Source: a candidate division FCPU426 bacterium
GTDB taxonomy: Bacteria > Oederibacteriota > JAAXVQ01 > JAUVAV01
Assembly: GCA_040756875.1 (NCBI GenBank)
Contig: JBFLYH010000002.1
Span: forward strand, 446,644-510,643
Length of the DNA: 64,000 nucleotides
Direction: 5' to 3'
Numbering within the stretch: position 1 is the first letter of the stretch; each line of letters opens with the position of its first letter. Both the position numbers and the translations under genes were made by a program. Shown here piece by piece: positions 26,578 through 35,776 of this stretch. The notes beneath the pieces were generated by a model. It was not told the origin of the DNA. It was given only the letters and a program-made list of their open reading frames with translations, and ran no database searches.

Positions 26578-28116
26578 ATGATTCCTGGCAATGCTCAGCG
26601 TTCCATCCGAATACTCCAAGCCGCCCTGATGGCTGTCGCTGCCTGCTATATCGGTCTGTACATCTGGGTGGCGCTCCAGCGCCTGGGATATCCCTTTGAA
26701 TTGGAATGGATCGAAGGCGCGATGGTGGATACAGTCCAAAGGATCCTGGACGGAAAGCCGTTGTTTGTCCAACCTTCCTTGGATTACGGCTATTTCATGT
26801 ACACCCCGTTGTATTTCTGGATTTCAGCCGCCGTGGCTAAATGGATCGGCATCGGGTTTCTTCCCTTGCGATTGGTTTCCTTTGCCTCCTCGCTGGGGTG
26901 TCTGGCCCTGATTTACGCCCTGGTTTTCCATGAAAACCGCAGCCACTGGGCCGGGATGGTCGCTGCCGGCTTGTTTGCGGCTACTTTCAAAATAAGCGGA
27001 GCCTGGTTCGACATTGCGAGGCTCGACTCCCTGTTCCTGCTTTTCACCCTGGCGGCGCTGTATAGCCTGCGCCGCTCCCGGCTGGCCTGGACGTGGCAAC
27101 TACTGACCGGGGTCATGCTTTTTCTGGCATTGCTTGCCAAGCAGGCGGCGCTGATCATCTTTGCGCCGGTGTTGCTGGCCGGGCTGTGGTTTGAGCCCCG
27201 AAAAACGGCGCCGGCCGTCCTGATTGCCGCGGTAATGAGCGCGGCCGCCTACGGCTGGGGCAATTGGGTTTCCCACGGCTGGGTCCATTATTACCTGTTC
27301 GAACTGCCCAGGCACCATCCGTTGCTGCCGAATATCTTCCTGGATTATTGGACCTTGGATTTGTTGAAACCCATGCCCATCGCCCTGGGTTTGTCCTTGT
27401 GGGCAGCCGTTCTTTTTTTAAGGAACCAACAGCCTGGCAATTATTTTTACGGATTAGCCGGTCTGGGCATGGTGGGCGCTTCTTATCTGTTCCGCCTGCA
27501 TTTCGGCGGCTACAACAACGTGCTTTTCCCCGTGTACGCCTGGCTGGCCATGGGTTTCGGCTTGGCGTTGCCCGAGATCCTGCGTCGGCTGCAATCGCCG
27601 GCCTCGGAACCGCGCCCATGGACTGTCGGGACGGCTGTCCTGGTCCTGGGCCTGTGCCTGCTCCAGTTCGGAATGCTGTTTTACGATCCTTCCAAGCAGA
27701 TCCCCACCCCGGCTGACCGTCAAGCCGGCCTGGCTTTCATTGAAAAAATGAAGTCCTTCCCCGGCGATGTCTATGTCCCTTTCACCGGTTATTTGCCGAC
27801 TTTGGCCGGCAAAAAGACCTTTCTCCACCAAGGCACACTGGCCGACATTCTGATCAAAGGCCGGGCGGACAGGACCAGCAAACAATTGTCGGAAGAAATC
27901 CGGCAGGCCATCCGCGAACAAAAGTTTGCGGCCCTGATTACAATCAATGGCGATCTGGCGGACAACCGGTCGCGGTTTCTGGAGCTTTTCGGTGAGGATA
28001 TGCGTGGTTATTACCGGCTCGAGGAACAACTCGCCTGGGGGGACTGCTTCATGCCGGTTACCGGCGCGCCCCGCCGGCCGGAAAACGTGTGGGTGCCGGT
28101 AAAGACCCAGCAATGA
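26578..28116 (+). CDS. GT39/ArnT-like (PMT_2) GT-C glycosyltransferase
   Basis: MIPGNAQRSIRILQAALMAVAACYIGLYIWVALQRLGYPFELEWIEGAM..., polytopic, about 512 aa. The annotated upstream ATG at 26440 is probably an over-extension. Confidence 0.6.
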   Translation: MIPGNAQRSIRILQAALMAVAACYIGLYIWVALQRLGYPFELEWIEGAMVDTVQRILDGKPLFVQPSLDYGYFMYTPLYFWISAAVAKWIGIGFLPLRLVSFASSLGCLALIYALVFHENRSHWAGMVAAGLFAATFKISGAWFDIARLDSLFLLFTLAALYSLRRSRLAWTWQLLTGVMLFLALLAKQAALIIFAPVLLAGLWFEPRKTAPAVLIAAVMSAAAYGWGNWVSHGWVHYYLFELPRHHPLLPNIFLDYWTLDLLKPMPIALGLSLWAAVLFLRNQQPGNYFYGLAGLGMVGASYLFRLHFGGYNNVLFPVYAWLAMGFGLALPEILRRLQSPASEPRPWTVGTAVLVLGLCLLQFGMLFYDPSKQIPTPADRQAGLAFIEKMKSFPGDVYVPFTGYLPTLAGKKTFLHQGTLADILIKGRADRTSKQLSEEIRQAIREQKFAALITINGDLADNRSRFLELFGEDMRGYYRLEEQLAWGDCFMPVTGAPRRPENVWVPVKTQQ

Positions 28117-28212
28117 TCGAATTGACCTGGGCGATCAATATAAAAAGAACGCTGAAAACAATTTAAAGCACTCAGTCGAACGGGTGCTTGGCGCATGATT
28201 GAGAACGCGTTT

Positions 28213-28250
28213 GCGAAAAGGACTGGTAGGCCTACCTTTTCGCAAGCCGA
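28213..28250. terminator. Palindromic hairpin tttgcgaaaagg-actggtaggcctac-cttttcgcaa between convergent genes; candidate bidirectional terminator
   Basis: Inverted repeat read directly in the 215-bp convergent intergenic region. A second copy with the same arms is at 38849-38885. Confidence 0.4.
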
Positions 28251-28331
28251 GGCTGCCCTCCCTATGGCAGCCGTCGTTCGAAATCATGTGTCAAGCACCT
28301 TAAACCGGCACTCTCTAAACGCTCTTTAAAT

Positions 28332-29975
28332 TTATTCAACAGGATTTGCAGGCGAGAGTTTAAAGAGGTACCAGCCGGCTCCCTGGTCGTTCAGCGGACG
28401 GAAAGCGGCCACTTCCCACGTTCCTTGAAAATCCCGCAGCCGCTGCAACCCTAAATGGCTCCAATTTTCCAGAACCAGCGGTTTTTCGGCCATAAGGCGC
28501 GTCGGTTCTTCCGGCAAGTACAAAGCCAGATAGCGGCCGTTTTTTGCCGTCAAATAGTCGAGCTCCCTGCCGGTCTGTACAAACTGCCGGAAGTACTGGT
28601 CCGAACCGGCGACCCCGTCCAAGGGAATCACCCGGCGCTGCGAAAACTGCGCAAAGCATCCCGGCCAAAAAGCGCCGACAGGCTCGGAGGCCGGAACGAT
28701 CCTTTCGATGTCCCGGGCGAGATTCAGCCGTTCGACCCAGTAGGGCAGCGGTTCCACGCGGCGGCCGGAGGCGTTCCAGATGACCGCCCCGGACAGTGCC
28801 GCGCAGACGGCCGCGGCCGCCCACAGCCGGACCTTGCCGGCAGCTCGGTTTCGATTCGAATCCAGCCAGGCCCAAAGCGCGCTGCCGGCTGTAACCAGCA
28901 CCCATAAAATTTCAGGCAGAAAATAATAGGCCGTGTAAACGCGCAATTCCCGGTAAAACACGTGCATGTACAGGGCGTGCAGGATAATGGCCAGGCTGAA
29001 CACGCGGAATCCCGCGGTAACTTCCCGGCGCTTCCAGATCCACCAGCAGGCTCCGGCCGCAACCGCGAGCGTCACCCCTGCCTTGACAGCCGTGCTAGCC
29101 CGCTCCAGCCAGGGCAAGGGGGCTGCAAACGCATGGAACCAGCCCTGCCATTCATCCGACCTGAAATAGCCGGCCCAGGTTGGGTAGAAAGCATTCAGAT
29201 AATGCAACTTGACCCGCCCGCTGATGGGCATGACCGAGCCTTGCGTCAGGATATTGGCTGTCAGATAAGGGGCCACGGCCAGGGTCAGGACCGCTCCAAA
29301 AACCAAAGCAGAGGCGCGCGGTGCTTTCCAGGCCAGCCACAACCCAACCACCAGCCCCACCCAGAACAAATCCGTGCGGCAGAAAAAGCAGACGGCCGCC
29401 AAAACGCCCAGCCCGCCCGCCCGCAAGGGTGAAAGCCGCCTTACGGCTTCCCCCTCCAACCGAGACAGCGAAAGCAGGGTAAGCATAACAGCCCCCAAAG
29501 CCAGCGGCACTTCCAGACCCTTGACCGCGATGCTTTGAAAACCCGGATTTAATATATAGGCGGCTAACACCGCGGCCAAAGCCGCTTGGGCAGGTAAGGA
29601 TCCCTTTTTTCCGCCGATGAACCACCCGGCCAGAAAGGCAAACACAACGTAGCAGCCCCAGGATAGAACCGCTAACAGTTTCAGGGAATCCGCGCCTGGG
29701 AATGAACGCTGCAGCAGGATTTGCAGCAGCATCCACAAAGGCTGGACACCGTTGGTGGGCATTTCCCCGTCCAGGGTCAGGATGCCATGTTGCAGAAACT
29801 GCTTGGCCAACACCGAATAGAAGAAGGCGTCATCCGTCAACAAGCCGCAACGAACCAGATCCAGCGGGTTCCACAACAGGAAACGGCTGAGTTGGATACC
29901 CGCCGCCACGGCAAACGCGGCGCCCCAAGCCAGGCGCAGCCAAACATCCCTGCGGGCATTCGATGAGTCATTCAT
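28332..29975 (-). CDS. Large polytopic membrane protein (about 547 aa) of unknown family; candidate GT-C glycosyltransferase (DUF2029/GT87-like topology)
   Basis: Start MNDSSNARRDVWLRLAWGAAFAV... Many TM segments followed by a C-terminal soluble domain. Confidence 0.4.
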   Translation of the reverse strand: MNDSSNARRDVWLRLAWGAAFAVAAGIQLSRFLLWNPLDLVRCGLLTDDAFFYSVLAKQFLQHGILTLDGEMPTNGVQPLWMLLQILLQRSFPGADSLKLLAVLSWGCYVVFAFLAGWFIGGKKGSLPAQAALAAVLAAYILNPGFQSIAVKGLEVPLALGAVMLTLLSLSRLEGEAVRRLSPLRAGGLGVLAAVCFFCRTDLFWVGLVVGLWLAWKAPRASALVFGAVLTLAVAPYLTANILTQGSVMPISGRVKLHYLNAFYPTWAGYFRSDEWQGWFHAFAAPLPWLERASTAVKAGVTLAVAAGACWWIWKRREVTAGFRVFSLAIILHALYMHVFYRELRVYTAYYFLPEILWVLVTAGSALWAWLDSNRNRAAGKVRLWAAAAVCAALSGAVIWNASGRRVEPLPYWVERLNLARDIERIVPASEPVGAFWPGCFAQFSQRRVIPLDGVAGSDQYFRQFVQTGRELDYLTAKNGRYLALYLPEEPTRLMAEKPLVLENWSHLGLQRLRDFQGTWEVAAFRPLNDQGAGWYLFKLSPANPVE

Positions 29976-30025
29976 GCGTTCGAGCGCGCTCCTGATATTA
30001 TGAACAGATACAGCGACTAAGCTGG

Positions 30026-30958
30026 TTAACGTATGCGCGAGGGAATGTGTCCCATGAGTCCGCTCCACAATCCCTTAATAATTCCCAGCGCTTTATTGGG
30101 CCTTCCCAAAATAACTTGCGTGAATATAATTGCGATCCGGGTAACCACAATGGTTAAATAACCCAGCATTATTTGCCACCATCGTCCGTGTTTACGCAAC
30201 AGCCAGAAACGATTGCGGGTAGCGATGAACCATTTATAGCGGCTGACCGTTCCCTGCAAAGCCGGGCCGGCGTTTTTCTTGAACGACACGGCATGATGAT
30301 GAATAACCACCGCCTGGGGGGCGAGCAGGAGCGTCCAGCCGTCTTTCAGCAGGCGCAGGGACAGGTCGGCGTCCTCGAAGTACGCGTGAAAAGCCTCGTC
30401 AAACAAACCGGTCTGTTTCAGGGCTGCGGCGCGGAACAGCGGGCAGCAACCGTTCAGGAACCCGATTTCCCTTGCGGCGCGCTCTTGCGGGTTCGGATCA
30501 GGCTTGAGTTCGCCCGGGTGACAGGGTCTCAGCGTGGCGCGAGTGAAATAACCGCCGTTAAAATATAGGGTGCCCGCAGGTTCGTAATAGAATATTTTCG
30601 GGGCCACGGCGCCGGCTTGAGGATGGCCGCGCAGGGCGTCTAGCATTTTTTCCAGGCAGTCGGGCTTCAACAAGGTGTCATTGCTGGGCGTCACGACATA
30701 ATCCGCACCGGCCTCCAGGGCCCGGCGCAAGCCGATATTCATGCCGCCCGCGAAGCCGACGTTGACTGGCTGGAAAACGTATTCCACGCGCGGATAGGCG
30801 GCGCGCAACGGCGCTTCCAAGCCGTCCGTGCTGCCGTTGTCCACGACGATGATCCGGTCCGGCGGACGCGTCTGGCTCTCGAGCGTGGCCAGGCAAGCCA
30901 GGGTGTCCTCCCGGCCGTTCCAGCTCAGCACCACGGCCCAGACGGAATCAGGGTTCAT
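30026..30958 (-). CDS. Glycosyltransferase family 2 (WbbL/rhamnosyltransferase-like)
   Basis: VWAVVLSWNGREDTLACL...IIVVDNGSTDG...NVGFAGGMN..., a soluble 310-aa GT2. Confidence 0.7.
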   Translation of the reverse strand: MNPDSVWAVVLSWNGREDTLACLATLESQTRPPDRIIVVDNGSTDGLEAPLRAAYPRVEYVFQPVNVGFAGGMNIGLRRALEAGADYVVTPSNDTLLKPDCLEKMLDALRGHPQAGAVAPKIFYYEPAGTLYFNGGYFTRATLRPCHPGELKPDPNPQERAAREIGFLNGCCPLFRAAALKQTGLFDEAFHAYFEDADLSLRLLKDGWTLLLAPQAVVIHHHAVSFKKNAGPALQGTVSRYKWFIATRNRFWLLRKHGRWWQIMLGYLTIVVTRIAIIFTQVILGRPNKALGIIKGLWSGLMGHIPSRIR

Positions 30959-32415
30959 GTTTCCTCGCGCATGGCCAGATTAACCGGCCACCAGCCTGCC
31001 CCGGCCCAGCGTTCCAAAACCCACAATCCGCCCAGGTAGATCCCGGCGCCCAGGGCGATTTTGACCGCCAGTCCGGTCCAGCCCAGCCAGGGGGAGAAAC
31101 GCACGGCCACGGCCATGACAGCGGCCAACCCGACATATCCGGCCACATGTTTTAAGCTGGGCCACAATTGCAGCCTGATCCGGATCAAGCCCCAGGACAA
31201 GACCAGGCTCAGGAACGTGGCCAGGCATAAAGACCAGGCCGCGCCCCGGATGCCCAGTGCGGGAATCAGCAGTAAATTCCCCAGCAGGTTCGCGCCCAAC
31301 GTGCACCCGACAATGACCACGATCAAGTGGGGCTGATCCTTGGCCATGAACAGTCCCCCGGAATTCAAATGGCAGCCCAGGATGAGGGTATAAAGGGCCA
31401 AAATCGGGAAAACCGGGATCGCAGCCTGATACTGGCTGCCCAGGATCAGATGGACCAGGTCCGGTCCCACGGCCCACAAGCCCAGGGACAGCGGCGCGGA
31501 AACCAAGGTCATCACATTGGTTGAAAGCCGGTAATCAAGCGCCAGGGCCGCTTCGTCCTCCCGCCCTACGGCCGCAACGAAACGCGGATAGATCAGCACC
31601 GCCAGGAACGAAGGCAGCATGTACACCACCCCGAAAAAAGCCAGGGCGCCGGAGTAGTACCCCGCTTGCTGCGCGTCGGTCATCCCTCTGACCAGGATCA
31701 CGTCCAGACGCTGGTGCAAAGTCTCCAGGATGGAAAGCAGTATCATCCATTTGCCGAAGGCGAAGATTTTGGAATAAAAACGCTCCTCAGCCACGGGCTT
31801 GGCCTGCAGCAGATCCCGGCCCAGGCGGATACCCGGCAGCACGGACAGCAACAGCGGGGCCGCCAGAAAAATGGCGTAGAGCGAACCCGAGGTCAGCCAA
31901 CCTGTAACCGCCGCCCCCAGGATCAGGGCCAGGCGCAGGGTGTTGAAGGATTGCACGAGATTGTAGGAAGCGTAATCTTCCTCGGTCTGGGCCACTCCGG
32001 AAAGGAACTGGCCGAAACTGACCAGGAAGCCGGTGACCAGTCCCAGCGCCAGTTCCCAGCGCAGGGTTCCTCCCCAGATCAGGCTGGCAGCCACGCTGGC
32101 GGCCAGGACCAAAACGCCGAGCAGGGTTTTCAGTTTCAAAATGGCCGAATAATACCCGAGTTTGCGGTCCAACTCGCCCCGCGACTGGTGAAAAGCCCCG
32201 TAGCGCAGGAGGGTCCTCGTCAGGCCGAAATCGAAAAGGATCGTGGCCACGACCGCGGTGGAGACAAAGAAGAAAAAGTCGCCGAACACGCGGGGGCCGA
32301 CCCAGCGCGCTACCAGCAGATTGATGACAAAAGCGCTGGCCGAATTAAGCAGCAGAAAAAGGGAAACCCTGATGAATTGGGCGAGAAACTGTTTGGAACT
32401 CGAGGCGGGGTTCAT
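30955..32415 (-). CDS. Wzx-like flippase / polysaccharide biosynthesis protein (MOP superfamily)
   Basis: 486 aa, about 12-14 TM, Wzx-like topology. ATGA overlap with the downstream GT2. Confidence 0.6.
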   Translation of the reverse strand: MNPASSSKQFLAQFIRVSLFLLLNSASAFVINLLVARWVGPRVFGDFFFFVSTAVVATILFDFGLTRTLLRYGAFHQSRGELDRKLGYYSAILKLKTLLGVLVLAASVAASLIWGGTLRWELALGLVTGFLVSFGQFLSGVAQTEEDYASYNLVQSFNTLRLALILGAAVTGWLTSGSLYAIFLAAPLLLSVLPGIRLGRDLLQAKPVAEERFYSKIFAFGKWMILLSILETLHQRLDVILVRGMTDAQQAGYYSGALAFFGVVYMLPSFLAVLIYPRFVAAVGREDEAALALDYRLSTNVMTLVSAPLSLGLWAVGPDLVHLILGSQYQAAIPVFPILALYTLILGCHLNSGGLFMAKDQPHLIVVIVGCTLGANLLGNLLLIPALGIRGAAWSLCLATFLSLVLSWGLIRIRLQLWPSLKHVAGYVGLAAVMAVAVRFSPWLGWTGLAVKIALGAGIYLGGLWVLERWAGAGWWPVNLAMREET

Positions 32416-32418
32416 GTT

Positions 32419-33366
32419 TCAACCCAGGCGCTGGCGCCAGTCGTCCATGACCGCCCGCAGGGTCTCTGCCAGGGGGATGCGGGGCTTCCAGCCGGTGTGC
32501 CGGCCCAGTTTGGCGATCGAGGCCACTTTGCGCAGTTTTTCCTTCCGCGCTTTGGTGGGCAGCGTGTGCACCTGCACGCGCACCGAAGTCAGCCGCAGCA
32601 GTCCGTCCAGCAGGTCCCGCACGCGGATGCCGCGGCCTGAACCGATGTTGTACACTTCCCCCGGCCGGCCGCGTTCCATCAGCAGCCAATAGGCGCGGAC
32701 GACGTCGCGCACGTCCGAAAAATCGCGGACCACGTCCAAATTTCCCACTTCCATCAGGGGCACGCGCCGGCCCTTTTCGATGGAAACGATTTGTGAGGCG
32801 AAATCCGTGGCTACGAACCCCAGCGCCTGCCTGGGGCCGATGTGGTTGAAAGGGCGGACGCGGATGACCGGGAGCCCGTATTCGCGGAAATACGTCAGCC
32901 CCGTCAAATCCTGGCAAACCTTGGAGACCGCGTAGGGGCTGTCGGGATTCAGCGGGTGCCCTTCGGTGATGGCGCGCAAGTGCAGGTCCACGGCGCCGTA
33001 TTCATCCGCGCTGCCCACCACCAGCACCCGGGGCGGAGGCTGCAGGCGGCGGGCCGCTTCCAGAAGGTTCACATTGCCCAGGACATTGACCCGGAGCGCG
33101 GCCTCGGGATCGCGGCGCGACAGCGTGGGGCTGCTCCAGCCGGCCAGATGGAATATCCACCGGGGTTTCAGGCGGCGCACGAGATGCTCCACGGCGTCCG
33201 CCCGGGTAAGGTCCAGGCGGTGGACGCGCGCCCGCCGGGCGCGGGCCAGATTCTGCAGCGTCGCTCCGGGAAAGGCGGTTCCGTGGACTTCGCACTTTTT
33301 TTCCAGGCAGTATTCGGCCAGGTGGCTGCCCACGAATCCTTCCATGCCCGTGATCAACAGTTTCAT
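32419..33366 (-). CDS. NAD-dependent epimerase/dehydratase (short-chain; GDP-6-deoxy-4-keto-mannose reductase Rmd-like or related NDP-sugar reductase)
   Basis: MKLLITGMEGFVGSHLAEY... Rossmann GxxGxxG. Contains ...YAVSK... (YxxxK catalytic dyad). Confidence 0.6.
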   Translation of the reverse strand: MKLLITGMEGFVGSHLAEYCLEKKCEVHGTAFPGATLQNLARARRARVHRLDLTRADAVEHLVRRLKPRWIFHLAGWSSPTLSRRDPEAALRVNVLGNVNLLEAARRLQPPPRVLVVGSADEYGAVDLHLRAITEGHPLNPDSPYAVSKVCQDLTGLTYFREYGLPVIRVRPFNHIGPRQALGFVATDFASQIVSIEKGRRVPLMEVGNLDVVRDFSDVRDVVRAYWLLMERGRPGEVYNIGSGRGIRVRDLLDGLLRLTSVRVQVHTLPTKARKEKLRKVASIAKLGRHTGWKPRIPLAETLRAVMDDWRQRLG

Positions 33367-34709
33367 GTGCGTTTTCGGTTCTTGAAGAACTCACCGAATA
33401 CGGAAGCAATGTAGCGGAGATGGGACGAGCGCAGCCCCGGATAAACGCCGATGAAAAAAGTGCGGCGCATGATCATATCCGCGTTCTTCAGGCCTCCGTA
33501 CACCCGGTATTTCGTGGAACGGAACGCCGGCTGCCGCACAATGTTTCCGGCAAACAGCAGCCGGGTTTCGATCCGCCGTTCCTCCAGAAAGCTCTGCAGC
33601 GTTTGCCGCGAAAAGCCCGCGTCCTCCCGCACCGTGATCGGAAAGGCGAACCAGGCCGGCTCGGAGTGGGGGGCGGGTTGGGGCAGGATCAGCCAGCGCT
33701 CGAACGGGGCCAGCCGGCGGCTGAGCTCGGTGAAGTTGCGGCGCCGCGCCTTGATGAACCCCGGCACTTTTTTCAGCTGCGCCAGCCCCAGGGCGGCCTG
33801 GAGGTCCGTGGGCTTGAGGTTGTAGCCGATGTGGGTATAGACATAGCGGTGGTCATAGGCTTCGCCCAGACCTTCGATTTTATACTGCAGCCGCTTCCCG
33901 CAGGCTCCGTGCGGGCCGGCGTCATGGCCGCACCAGCAATCCCGCCCCCAATCCCGCAGGCTGCGGACGATGCGGGCCAGGCGCGGATCGTTCGTGATCA
34001 CCGCCCCGCCTTCGCCCATGGTCATGTGGTGCGCCGGATAAAAGCTCAGGGTCGCCAGCTCGCCGAACGTCCCGGTCAGGCGGCCCTGGTACTTCGAGCC
34101 CAGGGCGTCGCAATTGTCCTCGATGAGAAACAGCCGGTAGCGGCGGGCCAGCTGGACGAGCCGCTCGAGGTGGCAGGGGTTTCCCAGTGTATGCGGCACC
34201 ATGATGGCGCGGGTTTTGGCGGTCAGGGCGCGCTCCAGCAGGCTGATGTCGATGTTGTAATCTTCCAGGCGCGAGTCCACGAAGACCGGCACCAACTGGT
34301 GTTGCAGCAGCGGCGCCACGGTGGTGGGGAAAGTGACCGCCGGCGTGATGACTTCGTCCCCGGCCTTGAGGCGGTTCGGCAGCTTGGGATCGCAGAGGGC
34401 GGCCACGGCCAGCAAATTCGCCGAGGAGCCCGAGTTGACCAAAATGACGTTGCGGACGCCCAGCCAGCGGGACAACGCCCGTTCCAATTCCTCGCCGTAG
34501 GGGCCGACGGTCACCCAGCTGTCCAGGCTGGCCTTGACCATGGCCGTGATTTCCTGGTGGTCAAAAACCCTCCCGGCATAGTGCACCCGGTCCTGGCCCG
34601 GCCGGAAGGTTCCTGCCTGCCGGTCCAACCGGGCGTAAGCCTTGACCGCCGCCAGGATTTTTTTGCTTTGCTGGAGCCTTTTTTGTTTGGCAGTGGTGGT
34701 TTTTTTCAT
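33363..34709 (-). CDS. DegT/DnrJ/EryC1 family PLP/PMP-dependent NDP-4-keto-6-deoxyhexose 3-dehydratase (RfbH/DdhC E1-like, or ColD-like)
   Basis: Start MKKTTTAKQKR with GAGAGGGA SD. Carries ...VILVNSGSSANLLA... The CWC-X9-C cysteine cluster (DCWCGHDAGPHGAC) is reminiscent of the E1 [2Fe-2S] motif. Confidence 0.65.
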   Translation of the reverse strand: MKKTTTAKQKRLQQSKKILAAVKAYARLDRQAGTFRPGQDRVHYAGRVFDHQEITAMVKASLDSWVTVGPYGEELERALSRWLGVRNVILVNSGSSANLLAVAALCDPKLPNRLKAGDEVITPAVTFPTTVAPLLQHQLVPVFVDSRLEDYNIDISLLERALTAKTRAIMVPHTLGNPCHLERLVQLARRYRLFLIEDNCDALGSKYQGRLTGTFGELATLSFYPAHHMTMGEGGAVITNDPRLARIVRSLRDWGRDCWCGHDAGPHGACGKRLQYKIEGLGEAYDHRYVYTHIGYNLKPTDLQAALGLAQLKKVPGFIKARRRNFTELSRRLAPFERWLILPQPAPHSEPAWFAFPITVREDAGFSRQTLQSFLEERRIETRLLFAGNIVRQPAFRSTKYRVYGGLKNADMIMRRTFFIGVYPGLRSSHLRYIASVFGEFFKNRKRT

Positions 34710-34753
34710 GCGCTTCCCTCTCGTTGGTATTGTGAAGTGTTGCACGTCATCGT

Positions 34754-35776
34754 TCAGCTCGACGATTCCAGACCCGCATCTCCGCCCGATTGGCGGTAGA
34801 GCTTGAACATGGACACGTTCAATTGCAGGGCGAAAATCCAGCCCACGATCAATGTCAGGATGTATTGGAGCATGTGAAACGTGAATCCCAGCCCCAGGGC
34901 GGCTTCCTTGGATATGCCGTACGGACCCAGGCCCAGAATGATCATGAACTCAAAAATTCCCAATCCGCCCGGCGAGGAGGGCAGCATGAGTCCGAAATTG
35001 AGCACCACGATCAGGAACATGGCCGCCATGAAATTCAGCGGCAGTCCCAGAGCCAGAAAACAAACATAAACCACGCTGGTCCACGCGAGCCAGCCGGCCA
35101 AGGCGAACCCCAGCACCTGCAGCAACTGGCCCGGGCTCTCCAGCAATTTCAGTCCCTGCAGGAATTTGTCGAGCTGCGCGTGCAGCCAGGATCCCCATTT
35201 TCCCGGCAACCGTTGCAGCGGCTTTTCGATCCAGTCCATCAAGTGGCCGCCGTAGCGGTAGTTGAGCCCCAGCGCCAGGAACAGCACCAGGCCAAAACCC
35301 GCCAAAATCAGGCCTGACAACTTGAGCCAAGGCTGGAAGGGAACGAAAAACATCATGAACAGAAAAAAAACAAACAGGGACACCAGGTCCATGCCCCGCT
35401 CGATCACCACCGTGCCCAGAGCCAGGCTGGTCGGCAGATTTTCCTTGCGGCTCAGCAGCCAGGCGCGGATCACTTCCCCCAGGCGCAGGGGCAAAATGCC
35501 GTTGGCCAGGTAGCCGACGGTGATGATGCGGAACAGATTCCACAGCCGCACCGGATAACGCCGCAACAGGCCGCGCCATAACAAGGCCCGAAAAAAGTAG
35601 GCCAGCAGCACCAGTCCGCCGCCCAGCACCAGCCAGCCGGGCTGCACGCGGCCGAAGGTGCGCAGCAGTTTGGCGAAGTCAACGTTGCGCAGCGCCAGCC
35701 AGATGAAGAACAGGCTGAGCAGGATCCCTGCGGCAATCTGCAGGAATTGTTTGGTGGTTTGGCGCGGTGCCGTCAC
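34754..35776 (-). CDS. Lysylphosphatidylglycerol-synthase-TM-region ('flippase-like') membrane protein
   Basis: About 340 aa, polytopic. The GTG at 35776 gives a GTGA overlap with the rmlD stop (VTAPRQTTKQFLQIAAGILL...). The alternative ATG at 35839 would overlap rmlD by 67 nt. Confidence 0.45.
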   Translation of the reverse strand: MTAPRQTTKQFLQIAAGILLSLFFIWLALRNVDFAKLLRTFGRVQPGWLVLGGGLVLLAYFFRALLWRGLLRRYPVRLWNLFRIITVGYLANGILPLRLGEVIRAWLLSRKENLPTSLALGTVVIERGMDLVSLFVFFLFMMFFVPFQPWLKLSGLILAGFGLVLFLALGLNYRYGGHLMDWIEKPLQRLPGKWGSWLHAQLDKFLQGLKLLESPGQLLQVLGFALAGWLAWTSVVYVCFLALGLPLNFMAAMFLIVVLNFGLMLPSSPGGLGIFEFMIILGLGPYGISKEAALGLGFTFHMLQYILTLIVGWIFALQLNVSMFKLYRQSGGDAGLESSS

